DNA of 59,827 nt, the filler included. It is 4 parts of 4 records of this genome, joined end to end, with 100 filler letters (N's around TTAATTAATTAA, not from the genome) between each part and the next. Parts side by side here need not be neighbours in the genome. Positions count along the whole stretch, not along the records: positions 49,814 to 59,827 come from SRR22947725_1803; 3 more parts are not named here. One strand, given 5' to 3'. Shown here in pieces: positions 51,195 to 59,827 of the stretch. The position numbers and the translations under genes were made by a program. Each line of letters opens with the position of its first letter. Position 1 is the first letter of the stretch. The notes beneath the pieces were generated by a model. The model was given only the letters and a program-made list of their open reading frames with translations. It did no database searches and was not told where the DNA came from.

Positions 51195-52066
51195 GCGTTT
51201 TAGTTAGCAAGCAAACGAAGGTTATTTGTCAAGGATTCACCGGTGCTCAAGGCACGCTGCATTCGCAACAGTCGATCGCCTATGGGACTCAAATGGTGGG
51301 TGGCATAACACCTGGCAAGGGCGGGCAGACCCATTTGGGGCTGCCGGTTTTTGACACCGTTGCCGCGGCGGTTGCTGAAACCGGCGCCGACGCAACCGTT
51401 ATTTATGTGCCGGCGGCGTTTGCTAAAGATGGTATTTTGGAAGCGGCTGAGGCGGGGATTAAGCTAATCGTCTGCATTACAGAGGGATTGCCGACGCTGG
51501 ACATGCTTGCCGTGAAGGTCCGGGTTGATGAATTAGGGATTCGACTGATTGGGCCGAACTGTCCGGGTGTGATCACGCCAGGGGAATGCAAGATTGGAAT
51601 CATGCCAGGCGATATCCACCTGCCAGGTCGAGTGGGTATTGTTTCTCGATCCGGTACCCTGACCTATGAGGCGGTCAAACAGACGACGGATCTAGGGTTT
51701 GGTCAGAGTACGTGTGTTGGGATTGGCGGAGACCCAATTCCTGGAACCAATTTCATTGACGTGCTCGAGCTGTTCGAGAACGATCCAGGCACCGAGGCAA
51801 TTGTCATGGTGGGTGAGATTGGCGGAAACGCAGAAGAAGAGGCAGCGGAGTACATCAAGGCACATGTTACCAAGCCGGTTGTGGGTTACATTGCCGGTGT
51901 TACGGCGCCGCCTGGTAAGCGCATGGGCCATGCTGGCGCGATCATCGCCGGTGGTAAAGGCACAGCCGATGATAAATTTGCAGCGCTGACAGCGGCAGGT
52001 GTTGTGACGGTTAAAAGTCTTGCCTCGATTGGTGATGCTTTGAAAGAGGCGACGGGCTGGTCTTAG
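51191..52066 (+). CDS. sucD: Succinyl-CoA synthetase alpha subunit
   Basis: [33 protein letters not shown] overlap with sucC. Confidence 0.98.
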   Translation: MSVLVSKQTKVICQGFTGAQGTLHSQQSIAYGTQMVGGITPGKGGQTHLGLPVFDTVAAAVAETGADATVIYVPAAFAKDGILEAAEAGIKLIVCITEGLPTLDMLAVKVRVDELGIRLIGPNCPGVITPGECKIGIMPGDIHLPGRVGIVSRSGTLTYEAVKQTTDLGFGQSTCVGIGGDPIPGTNFIDVLELFENDPGTEAIVMVGEIGGNAEEEAAEYIKAHVTKPVVGYIAGVTAPPGKRMGHAGAIIAGGKGTADDKFAALTAAGVVTVKSLASIGDALKEATGWS

Positions 52067-52078
52067 TCGTTTGCTCAT

Positions 52079-52108
52079 AAAAAAAGCGGCTAACAGCCGC
52101 TTTTTTTT
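52079..52108. terminator. Intrinsic terminator of sucCD
   Basis: A7-GCGGCT-AAC-AGCCGC-T8. Confidence 0.92.
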
Positions 52109-52130
52109 GATCTCAAATATCAGTAGGGGG

Positions 52131-52158
52131 GTTGAATTCACTCAACGAACCCCCACTT
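52131..52158 (+). promoter_or_regulatory. Sigma-32 (RpoH) heat-shock promoter of htpG
   Basis: GTTGAA-N14-CCCCACTT versus consensus CTTGAA-N13-14-CCCCATNT, directly upstream of htpG. Confidence 0.8.
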
Positions 52159-52187
52159 TTCTATAGATAACAAAAGCGAGGTAAGCC

Positions 52188-54089
52188 ATGACGGATGCAA
52201 CTGAAAAAGAAACGCTCGGGTTTCAGACTGAGGCGAAGCAATTGCTTCAGCTGATGATTCATTCTCTGTACTCCAATAAAGAAATCTTTTTAAGGGAGTT
52301 GATCTCCAATGCATCCGATGCGATCGATAAGCTTCGGTTTCAAACGTTATCCAACGAAGCCTTGGTGGATGAGGGTGCGGATTACCAAATTCGAGTCATT
52401 GCCGATGCAGAGCAGAAAACGTTGTCGTTTATCGACAATGGGATCGGCATGAACCGCGCAGATGTTGTGAGTCATTTGGGGACTATTGCAAAATCCGGCA
52501 CGGCGGAATTCTTGTCGGGTTTAACGGGTGATCAGAAAAAGGACTCACAATTAATTGGTCAGTTTGGGGTTGGTTTTTATTCTGCTTTTATTGTTGCAAA
52601 AAAAGTTGTTGTAGAGACCCGGCGGGCCGGCGATGCCGAATCCGAGGGTGTTCGATGGGCGTCGACCGGTGAGGCCGATTATGAAATTGAAACCATCGAT
52701 AAAACTGAGCGTGGTACCTGCGTTATCTTGCACTTGCAAAGCGAACACGAAGAGTTTTTAGATTATTGGCGTCTGCAGAATGTCATTAAAAAGTATGCCG
52801 ATCATGTGTCCGTGCCGGTTTCGATCTTAAAACCAGCTGAAAAAGATGACGAGGCTGCGACAGAAGAAGTCGTTAATAGTGCGACGGCGCTTTGGACTCG
52901 GTCTCGATCTGAGGTGAAGGACGAGGAATACCAAGATTTTTATAAGCACATTGCGCACGATTTTCAGGATGCCCTAACCTGGAGTCATAATCGGGTTGAA
53001 GGCAAACTGGATTACACCAGTTTGATTTTTGTTCCTGCCAAGGCGCCTTTTGATCTCTGGAATCGGGAAGCCCCCAAGGGTTTGAAGCTGTATGTGCAAC
53101 GGGTTTTCATCATGGATGAGGCCGAGCAGTTTCTACCCTTGTATCTCCGGTTTATAAAAGGGGTGGTTGATTCCAACGACCTGTCCCTAAATGTGTCCCG
53201 GGAAATTCTGCAAAAGGACCCGGCTATTGAGTCGATGAAGTCGGCCCTGACTAAAAGAGCGCTAGATACCCTTGAAAAGCTGGCTAAGAAAGATCCCGAA
53301 GCCTACCAAAGTTTTTGGGCGGAATTTGGGCAAGTCTTAAAAGAAGGCCCAGCAGAAGATTTTGCAAACAAAGAAAAGATTGCGGCGTTACTGCGATTTG
53401 CGACGACGGAGACGGGCCAGGCAACTCAAAATCAGTCTTTGGCGGACTATGTTGCTCGAATGAAACCGGATCAAGAAAAGATCTATTATGTTGCTGCAGA
53501 CAACCATGCCACAGCAGCGAACAGCCCGCATCTGGAGGTGTTCCGAGCAAAAGGCGTAGAAGTCTTGCTGTTGTCGGACCGAATCGATGAATGGCTGGTT
53601 GGTCACCTGATGGACTTTGATGGTAAGCCCTTGCAGGATGTCGCAAAGGGATCATTGGATCTCGGTGAAGCCGATCCTGAAAGCAAAGCGGCTCAAGCAG
53701 AAACTGAGGAGGCCATGAAGGGTCTACTTGAGCGCGTTAAGACTGAATTGGGCGATGCCGTTTCTGAAGTCAAAGTCAGCCATCGTTTGACCGATTCCCC
53801 TGCGTGTTTGGTGGTTGCAGAGGATGAAATGGGGATGCAAATGCGGCGTATTCTGGCGCAAGCAGGCCAAGATGTGCCCGAGGCCAAACGCATTTTTGAG
53901 ATCAACGTCGGCCACCCCTTGGTCCAGCGCTTGGATGAAGAGGTTGATGTGGATCGCTTTAAGAGCCTAACCCAAGTTTTGTTCGATCAAGCGCTACTCG
54001 CGGAAGGCAGCCAATTGAAAGACCCTGCAAGTTATGTCCAGCGGTTGAATAAGATCTTGCTGGAATTAACCGCAACCCAAAACGGATGA
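52188..54089 (+). CDS. htpG: Chaperone HtpG (Hsp90)
   Basis: [48 protein letters not shown]. Confidence 0.98.
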   Translation: MTDATEKETLGFQTEAKQLLQLMIHSLYSNKEIFLRELISNASDAIDKLRFQTLSNEALVDEGADYQIRVIADAEQKTLSFIDNGIGMNRADVVSHLGTIAKSGTAEFLSGLTGDQKKDSQLIGQFGVGFYSAFIVAKKVVVETRRAGDAESEGVRWASTGEADYEIETIDKTERGTCVILHLQSEHEEFLDYWRLQNVIKKYADHVSVPVSILKPAEKDDEAATEEVVNSATALWTRSRSEVKDEEYQDFYKHIAHDFQDALTWSHNRVEGKLDYTSLIFVPAKAPFDLWNREAPKGLKLYVQRVFIMDEAEQFLPLYLRFIKGVVDSNDLSLNVSREILQKDPAIESMKSALTKRALDTLEKLAKKDPEAYQSFWAEFGQVLKEGPAEDFANKEKIAALLRFATTETGQATQNQSLADYVARMKPDQEKIYYVAADNHATAANSPHLEVFRAKGVEVLLLSDRIDEWLVGHLMDFDGKPLQDVAKGSLDLGEADPESKAAQAETEEAMKGLLERVKTELGDAVSEVKVSHRLTDSPACLVVAEDEMGMQMRRILAQAGQDVPEAKRIFEINVGHPLVQRLDEEVDVDRFKSLTQVLFDQALLAEGSQLKDPASYVQRLNKILLELTATQNG

Positions 54090-54100
54090 TCGAGACGTGA

Positions 54101-54577
54101 ATGGTTAATGCTGTAAGCCCGGATGCTGAGACGATTGATGTCGTGTTGATGCGCCATGGCGAGGCGCGGGCGCTTGCAGGAAAAGACGCCGCGCGGCCCT
54201 TAACGCAGTGGGGGTGCGCGGCGGTCCAGGCTGCGGCACACAAACTTGCGAAAAAATCCCCATCAGCGGAAGGTGTGCGTTCGAGCCCTTATTTGAGGGC
54301 GCGTCAGACGGCGGAGATTGTCTCAGAAGTGCTCAATTTACCGCTTCTGCCCGAGTCGGCTGAACTGGTACCCTCGGGTGATTCAGATCAATTAGTTGCC
54401 TGGCTTTTAGCTGAGGCGCAGCCCGTGATATGGGTTTTTCATATGCCGTTAATTGGCCGTTTGATTCACGACTTAACGGGTTGTGACGTCTTTCCAAAGA
54501 CCGCCAGTGTCTTTGGCTTGAAACTGTTTCCAGGCGCACCAAGCCGTCATCAACATCAATTAGAGTGGCAACTATGA
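54101..54577 (+). CDS. sixA: Phosphohistidine phosphatase SixA
   Basis: MRHGEA, DAARPLT, SSPYLRARQTA. Confidence 0.85.
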   Translation: MVNAVSPDAETIDVVLMRHGEARALAGKDAARPLTQWGCAAVQAAAHKLAKKSPSAEGVRSSPYLRARQTAEIVSEVLNLPLLPESAELVPSGDSDQLVAWLLAEAQPVIWVFHMPLIGRLIHDLTGCDVFPKTASVFGLKLFPGAPSRHQHQLEWQL

Positions 54578-55470
54578 GTTTTAATGTTCTAAAGCAAAAA
54601 TCGGGGTATTTTAGCCTCATTTTAACAATAGTTAGTGGGCTGGGTTGGTCGAATGCGGTGATTGCACTCGAACTCGATATCGCCTCAGAGGTGGTTGAGG
54701 TCAGCCAGGCCGGCCCAGTTGAGCGCCACAAGATTTTTCTGAGCCGGCTCAAGAAAATTAGCAATAGCCTAAGCCGAGATGAATATCAGATGGTTCAGGG
54801 CGTGTTGCAAGGACAAACCTATAAAGCAGACGATGATGCGACCCTAGAAGAAGTGATGGCATCTCTTGATCGAGCAGTGGACGAGGGTTATGAGCGTTTG
54901 TTTGAATGTGTTGGCCGGGGTTGCGGTAGCAGTAATGAGTGGGCGAATGCGGTTTTTGGTCAGCCCAAATTGTACGGCCCGGAAAGCACTCAATTCTATT
55001 GGGTCGGTAAGGCGGTTCAATCACAGACTTATTGGTTGGTCTATGGTTCAAAACGGTCCAATAAGGCGGTTCACTATCGGGTCGAGTCAGTCGTCTCAGC
55101 GGCGCCGAGTCTGAAAAGCCGCCTGTTTGCTGCGTTTTCCGAATTGGGGTATCTGCGATTAGCCTGGTCTGACGTGGTAGGTTCTGAGGTGGAATTGGCG
55201 GAAGCGCTTGATCTTTGGTGCGGGCAGCAGCGCCTTGGTGGGGGCGCCCAAGACAAAGCGCGACAGATCGCTCTGGCGGTCACGGGTGGCGATGTGAATT
55301 TGACGCCGAGCGCTGGCGTTGATGCGACAGAGCGACTTGCCAGCGAATTGCTTACAACCTTGGCTGCAAAGCCCGGATTAGGCTGTCAAATGTCTGCATT
55401 TGGGTTGGGTCGCCTGTCGCCGATTGAGGGCTTACCAAACGAGCGTCTTGATTTGATACTGTTACCGTGA
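54574..55470 (+). CDS. Exported protein, DUF4892-like
   Basis: Signal peptide; LSRLKKI, LFECVGRGCGSSNEWANAVF..LYG motif; ATGA overlap with sixA. Confidence 0.75.
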   Translation: MSFNVLKQKSGYFSLILTIVSGLGWSNAVIALELDIASEVVEVSQAGPVERHKIFLSRLKKISNSLSRDEYQMVQGVLQGQTYKADDDATLEEVMASLDRAVDEGYERLFECVGRGCGSSNEWANAVFGQPKLYGPESTQFYWVGKAVQSQTYWLVYGSKRSNKAVHYRVESVVSAAPSLKSRLFAAFSELGYLRLAWSDVVGSEVELAEALDLWCGQQRLGGGAQDKARQIALAVTGGDVNLTPSAGVDATERLASELLTTLAAKPGLGCQMSAFGLGRLSPIEGLPNERLDLILLP

Positions 55471-55482
55471 TTGGGTGAGGCG

Positions 55483-56031
55483 CTAGCGCGGTAGTCCCAA
55501 AATAGATAAAAACTCCATACGGGTACTTTGATCTGCTTGAAATTGGCCCAGCATCATTGAGGTTTTCATCATAGAGTTTTGCTTTTCGACCCCACGCATC
55601 ATCATGCACATGTGTTGCGCTTCGATAATGACCCCAACGCCTGCCGCGCCGGTCACGGAATGAATGGCCTCGGCAATTTGCTTGGTCAGGTTCTCTTGAA
55701 TTTGCAGGCGCCTGGCATACATGTCGACAATTCGGGCGACTTTGCTGAGACCCAAGACGCGGCCGGTTGGCAGGTAAGCAACATGGCATTTCCCAATAAA
55801 GGGCAGCATGTGATGCTCGCACATTGAGTACAGTTCAATATCTTGAACCAAGATCATTTCGCTGGTGTCTGAGGCAAACAGCGCTTCATTGACGAGACTT
55901 TCCAGTGTCTCGCCATAGCCTTTGGTTAGGAATTCCATCGCCTTCGCGGCTCGACTGGGTGTGTCGAGTAAACCCTCGCGTTCTGGGTCTTCCCCAACCT
56001 GCTCGAGAATCGTTCGAAATGCCTGTTCCAT
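55483..56031 (-). CDS. folE: GTP cyclohydrolase I
   Basis: [50 protein letters not shown] before ATG 56031. Confidence 0.97.
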   Translation of the reverse strand: MEQAFRTILEQVGEDPEREGLLDTPSRAAKAMEFLTKGYGETLESLVNEALFASDTSEMILVQDIELYSMCEHHMLPFIGKCHVAYLPTGRVLGLSKVARIVDMYARRLQIQENLTKQIAEAIHSVTGAAGVGVIIEAQHMCMMMRGVEKQNSMMKTSMMLGQFQADQSTRMEFLSILGLPR

Positions 56032-56127
56032 ACCGCCTCCTGTAGTAACGCCCAGCCTTTGCTGCAAAATTGCAAGGATCCATGGCTCGCATTGGTCTAT
56101 AATAGCGCATTTTCAGGATGAGTCCGC

Positions 56128-57201
56128 ATGCCGGGTAGCAGCATTGGAGAAATGTTTCGAGTGACGACATTCGGCGAAAGCCATGGGCCCGCCTTGGGCT
56201 GCATTATCGACGGCTGTCCGCCTGGAATGCCGCTTTGTGAGGCGGACCTGCAGGGTGATTTGGATCGTCGCAGGCCTGGCACGTCAAAATATGCAACGCA
56301 GCGGCAAGAGTCGGATCAGGTTAAAATTCTATCCGGTGTGTTCGAAGGGGTCACGACGGGAACCAGTATCGGTCTCTTGATCGAGAATGAAGATCAAAAG
56401 TCGAAGGACTATAGCGCCATCAAGGACCTTTTTCGGCCCGCGCATGCAGATTACACCTACCAACAGAAGTACGGCGTCCGCGACTATCGGGGCGGCGGCC
56501 GGTCATCGGCTCGGGAGACGGCGATGCGGGTTGCGGCTGGCGCGATTGCAAAGAAATATCTTATGGTAAACCACAGCATTAAAATTCGCGGTTATCTGGC
56601 GCAGATGGGTACGATCCACGTCAGGGACTTTGACTGGGACTTTGTGGATCAAAACCCGTTTTTCTGCCCGGATGCAGCTTGCGTTGACGAGATGGCGGCG
56701 CTCATTGATCAATTGCGCAGAGATGGGGACTCCGTGGGGGCAAGAATCAATATCGTTGCCGAGGGCGTGATGCCGGGTCTAGGCGAGCCGGTTTTTAGTC
56801 GGTTGGATGCGGATATTGCGGGCGCCATGATGAGTATTAATGCGGTAAAGGGCGTTGAGATTGGGGATGGTTTCGAGGTGATTGAGCAGCGCGGGTCGGA
56901 GCATCGGGACGAGATTTTTCCTGAAGGCTTTGGCTCGAACCATGCCGGAGGCGTTTTAGGGGGTATTAGTTCTGGCCAAGATATTTTAGTGAGTATTGCT
57001 CTGAAGCCGACGTCAAGCATAACCCAGGCAGCAAAGACGATTACCACCAGCGGTGAGGCCACCGAAGTTGTTACCAAGGGTCGTCATGACCCATGTGTTG
57101 GTGTCCGAGCAACGCCCATTGCTGAAGCCATGCTGGCCATTGTTTTGATGGATCATGCTCTTAGACAACGTGGCCAAACGGGGCAACTGGGCCCTAGATA
57201 G
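56128..57201 (+). CDS. aroC: Chorismate synthase
   Basis: [36 protein letters not shown]. Confidence 0.98.
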   Translation: MPGSSIGEMFRVTTFGESHGPALGCIIDGCPPGMPLCEADLQGDLDRRRPGTSKYATQRQESDQVKILSGVFEGVTTGTSIGLLIENEDQKSKDYSAIKDLFRPAHADYTYQQKYGVRDYRGGGRSSARETAMRVAAGAIAKKYLMVNHSIKIRGYLAQMGTIHVRDFDWDFVDQNPFFCPDAACVDEMAALIDQLRRDGDSVGARINIVAEGVMPGLGEPVFSRLDADIAGAMMSINAVKGVEIGDGFEVIEQRGSEHRDEIFPEGFGSNHAGGVLGGISSGQDILVSIALKPTSSITQAAKTITTSGEATEVVTKGRHDPCVGVRATPIAEAMLAIVLMDHALRQRGQTGQLGPR

Positions 57202-57392
57202 TTCATCAGAGGGTGTGGGCTGTAACGCGGCGCCAACAGTGCTGTTTTGGCGCTGTAAGGACCGTTTTGATCCAGTATTTTGGGATTAGTTGATGCGTCA
57301 TAGCGCGGGCCGCGAAGAGCGGTAACCGGTAAAAGGCGTTCTAGGGGTTCTACCCTCGAGCGTTTCATAAACAATAGACATTGAGAAAAAGT

Positions 57393-58412
57393 ATGCGTTT
57401 AAAAAACATTGCGATTGTTGGCGCAACGGGCGCCGTTGGTGAGGTCATGCTTGAACTCTTGTCAGAGCGAAACTTCCCAGTGGGTGAGCTACATCTTTTA
57501 GCGAGTGCGCGCTCGGCGGGTACCCGTCTGCCGTTTAAGGACAAAAATCTGAAAGTTGAGGATCTCGCCCAGTTTGATTTTCAGAAAGTCGATATTGCTT
57601 TATTTTCCGCTGGTGGTTCGGTTTCCGCCGAATTCGCGCCGAAGGCAGCCGCCGCGGGTTGCATTGTGATTGATAACACCTCGTACTTTCGTCGAGATAC
57701 CGACATCCCTTTGATTGTCCCGGAAGTGAATCTTCATGCGTTAGATGGATATAAAAAACGTAACATCATCGCGAATCCGAATTGTTCGACCATTTCAATG
57801 TTGGTGCCCTTAAAGCCGATTCATGATGCGGTCGGTATTACTCGGATTAATGTCGCGACCTACCAGGCGGTATCCGGTGCGGGTAAATCAGGGATCGAAG
57901 AGCTCGCCAGTCAGTCAGCAAGGCTTCTCAATGCGCAAGACATCGAGCCTAAAGTGTTTGGTAAGCAAATCGCCTTTAATGCGGTCCCCCAGATCGACGA
58001 CTTTCAAGACAACGGCTTCACCAAAGAAGAAATGAAGATGATTTGGGAGACGCACAAAATTTTTGAAGACGATACCATCCAGGTCAGTCCAACCTGTGTC
58101 CGTATTCCGGTCTTTTATGGGCATTCGGAAGCAATCTATATTGAAACGAGACACGCCATAAGTGCGGCGGATGTGAAAGCGCTCCTATCATCGGCGGCAG
58201 GGGTCTCGGTCATGGATGAGCATCGACCCGGTGGTTATCCAACCGCGGTGACGGAATCGGCTGGAATGGATCCGGTCTTTGTTGGGCGGATCAGAAACGA
58301 TGTCATGAACCCCCTAGGTCTGCATCTTTGGGTAGTTTCGGACAATATTCGCAAGGGCGCGGCATTGAACAGCCTACAAATCGCCGAGGCGCTGCTCGAG
58401 CGGCTCGGTTAG
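57393..58412 (+). CDS. asd: Aspartate-semialdehyde dehydrogenase
   Basis: GATGAVG, ANPNCST (catalytic Cys), YQAVSGAG, GHSE, DNIRKGAALN. Confidence 0.95.
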   Translation: MRLKNIAIVGATGAVGEVMLELLSERNFPVGELHLLASARSAGTRLPFKDKNLKVEDLAQFDFQKVDIALFSAGGSVSAEFAPKAAAAGCIVIDNTSYFRRDTDIPLIVPEVNLHALDGYKKRNIIANPNCSTISMLVPLKPIHDAVGITRINVATYQAVSGAGKSGIEELASQSARLLNAQDIEPKVFGKQIAFNAVPQIDDFQDNGFTKEEMKMIWETHKIFEDDTIQVSPTCVRIPVFYGHSEAIYIETRHAISAADVKALLSSAAGVSVMDEHRPGGYPTAVTESAGMDPVFVGRIRNDVMNPLGLHLWVVSDNIRKGAALNSLQIAEALLERLG

Positions 58413-58508
58413 CGCAGCAGGCGTCGTTTCTAGCGCCTAAGTGGGTTAGCATGGGAATTCAGGGGTGAGCGATGATTTTGCCCGAATTTAGTTGGAGTAG
58501 AAACTGTG

Positions 58509-59827
58509 ATGCATCAGATCGGTAAGAAGCTAACGCGGTTGATTCAGTGGTTTGTGTTAACGCTGGCAGCGACAACATCCCTTAACGCCAGGGCCGTCAG
58601 CCTTGGGCACATTACCCTTGAGTCGTCACTGAACCAGCCCTTACGAGCGAGTATCCTGCTTGGCAATGTCCAGCGTTTAACGCCCCAAGATGTTCGTGTT
58701 GGGCTGGCGCCGAGAACGGCGTTTCAGGCGATGGGGGTCGATTGGTCCAGCAACTTATCAGATCTTGATTTTCGAGCGGTGTCATCTGAGTCCGGTTTGC
58801 GGATTGAATTGAGTACCGAGGCTTCAATTGTTGAACCCTATCTGAATTTTGTACTTGAATTGGTGTGGCCGAATGGTCGTTTGGTTCGGGAATATACGGT
58901 GCTATTGGATCCGCCTGTTTTAATGGCCCCGGTTCGGCCGCTCGACATCACGCCAGTACAAGCAGGGCGTGTTCGCTCGGCAAATCGTATCGCTGAAGCG
59001 CGCGCTCAAAGCCTCGAAGTGGATCGTATGACGCAGTCTGGCGATACCCTCTGGGAGATCGCGCTCGCGGCGAGACCGGACCGCTCAACCTCTGTTCAAG
59101 CCATGATGCTGGCAATTCAAAGCCGTAATCCTGATGCGTTTATGAACCAAAATATTAACCGGCTAAAAGCGGGCTATGTTTTGGTGATGCCGGATCAGGA
59201 CGATTTGAACCGCATTTCGTTTGAATCGGCTGTGGCTGAGGTGGCGAGCCAAAACACGAAACAAATGCAGCCAGTAAGTCAAAAAAAAAATCCAACTATC
59301 GAGGCTTCTGTTGACAGCGAATTAGTCTTAGTTGCCGTTGATGAGGCGAGCTCGGAAGATCAAAATGCAGAGCCCTTTGAAGTGCTTGCGGCAACCGATA
59401 GCGCGCAAGAAGAGGATGAACGGATCCGCTTTGCGGCAATCGAGCGGGATAGGTTAGCCGGTCGACTGGCGTCTTTAGAAGGCAAACTTGAGTCTTTAGT
59501 CGACACGATTTCGCTTAAAGATCAACAGATTGCAGCCTTGCAAAAACAAGTTAAAACCCTCGAAGCCTTACCGAAGGCCTCGCCGAAGGCAGTGCCAGAA
59601 GCTATGCCGGAGCAGCAGTTCTTAACGCCAATGTCGGTCGCTTTTATGGTTGCTTTGGTCATTCTCGTTGTCGTGCTGTTATTAATGTCGGCCCGATACC
59701 AAAGGCTCACAAGAAGCCTTCGCGCGGCTTCGGCGAGTGCGGTTGCTTCAGAGCCTCAAGGCTCGAGTCCGGCGCCGGCGGCGTTCGATACTGATGCCGC
59801 ATTAGCGGGGACGGATCCTTCAACTCA
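58509..59827 (+). CDS. fimV: FimV/HubP polar landmark protein, 3'-truncated by window edge
   Basis: Not in the ORF track (no stop). Signal peptide, SLGHITLESSLNQPL, EPYLNFVLELVWPNGRLVREYTVLLDPP, LysM GDTLWEIA..NPDAF..NINRLKAG, coiled coil LKDQQIAALQ, TM helix; follows asd. Confidence 0.92.
   Translation, partial: MHQIGKKLTRLIQWFVLTLAATTSLNARAVSLGHITLESSLNQPLRASILLGNVQRLTPQDVRVGLAPRTAFQAMGVDWSSNLSDLDFRAVSSESGLRIELSTEASIVEPYLNFVLELVWPNGRLVREYTVLLDPPVLMAPVRPLDITPVQAGRVRSANRIAEARAQSLEVDRMTQSGDTLWEIALAARPDRSTSVQAMMLAIQSRNPDAFMNQNINRLKAGYVLVMPDQDDLNRISFESAVAEVASQNTKQMQPVSQKKNPTIEASVDSELVLVAVDEASSEDQNAEPFEVLAATDSAQEEDERIRFAAIERDRLAGRLASLEGKLESLVDTISLKDQQIAALQKQVKTLEALPKASPKAVPEAMPEQQFLTPMSVAFMVALVILVVVLLLMSARYQRLTRSLRAASASAVASEPQGSSPAPAAFDTDAALAGTDPST

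Noticed and set aside
45786-52066. Apparent TCA supercluster linking the candidate 2-OG shunt with sucCD
   Set aside because: They are separated by an artificial spacer (49714-49813), and nothing shows the two contigs share a genome or are adjacent.

Overview
The window is not one locus. It is four unrelated contigs joined by artificial 100-nt spacers (N44-TTAATTAATTAA-N44) at 15490-15589, 42588-42687 and 49714-49813. (1) 1-15489: an AT-rich, tightly packed marine gammaproteobacterium (SAR86-like by inference). It carries two TonB-dependent receptors, several lipoproteins, a Xanthomonas-type arginine operon (argF'[AOTCase]-argG-argE-argB[NAGS/K]-argC-argH), an unannotated 42-aa Arg/Lys-rich ORF and a perfect palindromic operator. 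(2) 15590-42587: a GC-rich, very gene-dense eukaryote with GT-AG introns, most likely a picoplanktonic chlorophyte. It encodes thioredoxin, a TRP/FLC-like membrane protein with an inserted PAN/Apple domain, hexose-6-P 1-epimerase, PP2A-A, CDKG/CDK11, VPS26, COQ5, RPL28, a SET protein and a ~4028-aa TRRAP/Tra1. (3) 42688-49713: a proteobacterial contig with gdhA divergent from a ThDP enzyme plus an ALDH21-type dehydrogenase, flanked by a pseudogene and a deleted IS3. This is the best candidate for an undescribed system: a 2-oxoglutarate decarboxylase/succinic-semialdehyde shunt hidden under an 'acetolactate synthase' annotation. (4) 49814-59827: gammaproteobacterial housekeeping genes (sucCD, htpG, sixA, DUF4892, folE, aroC, asd, fimV). 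No rRNA, tRNA or CRISPR array was seen. All family calls come from motif recognition, not database searches.
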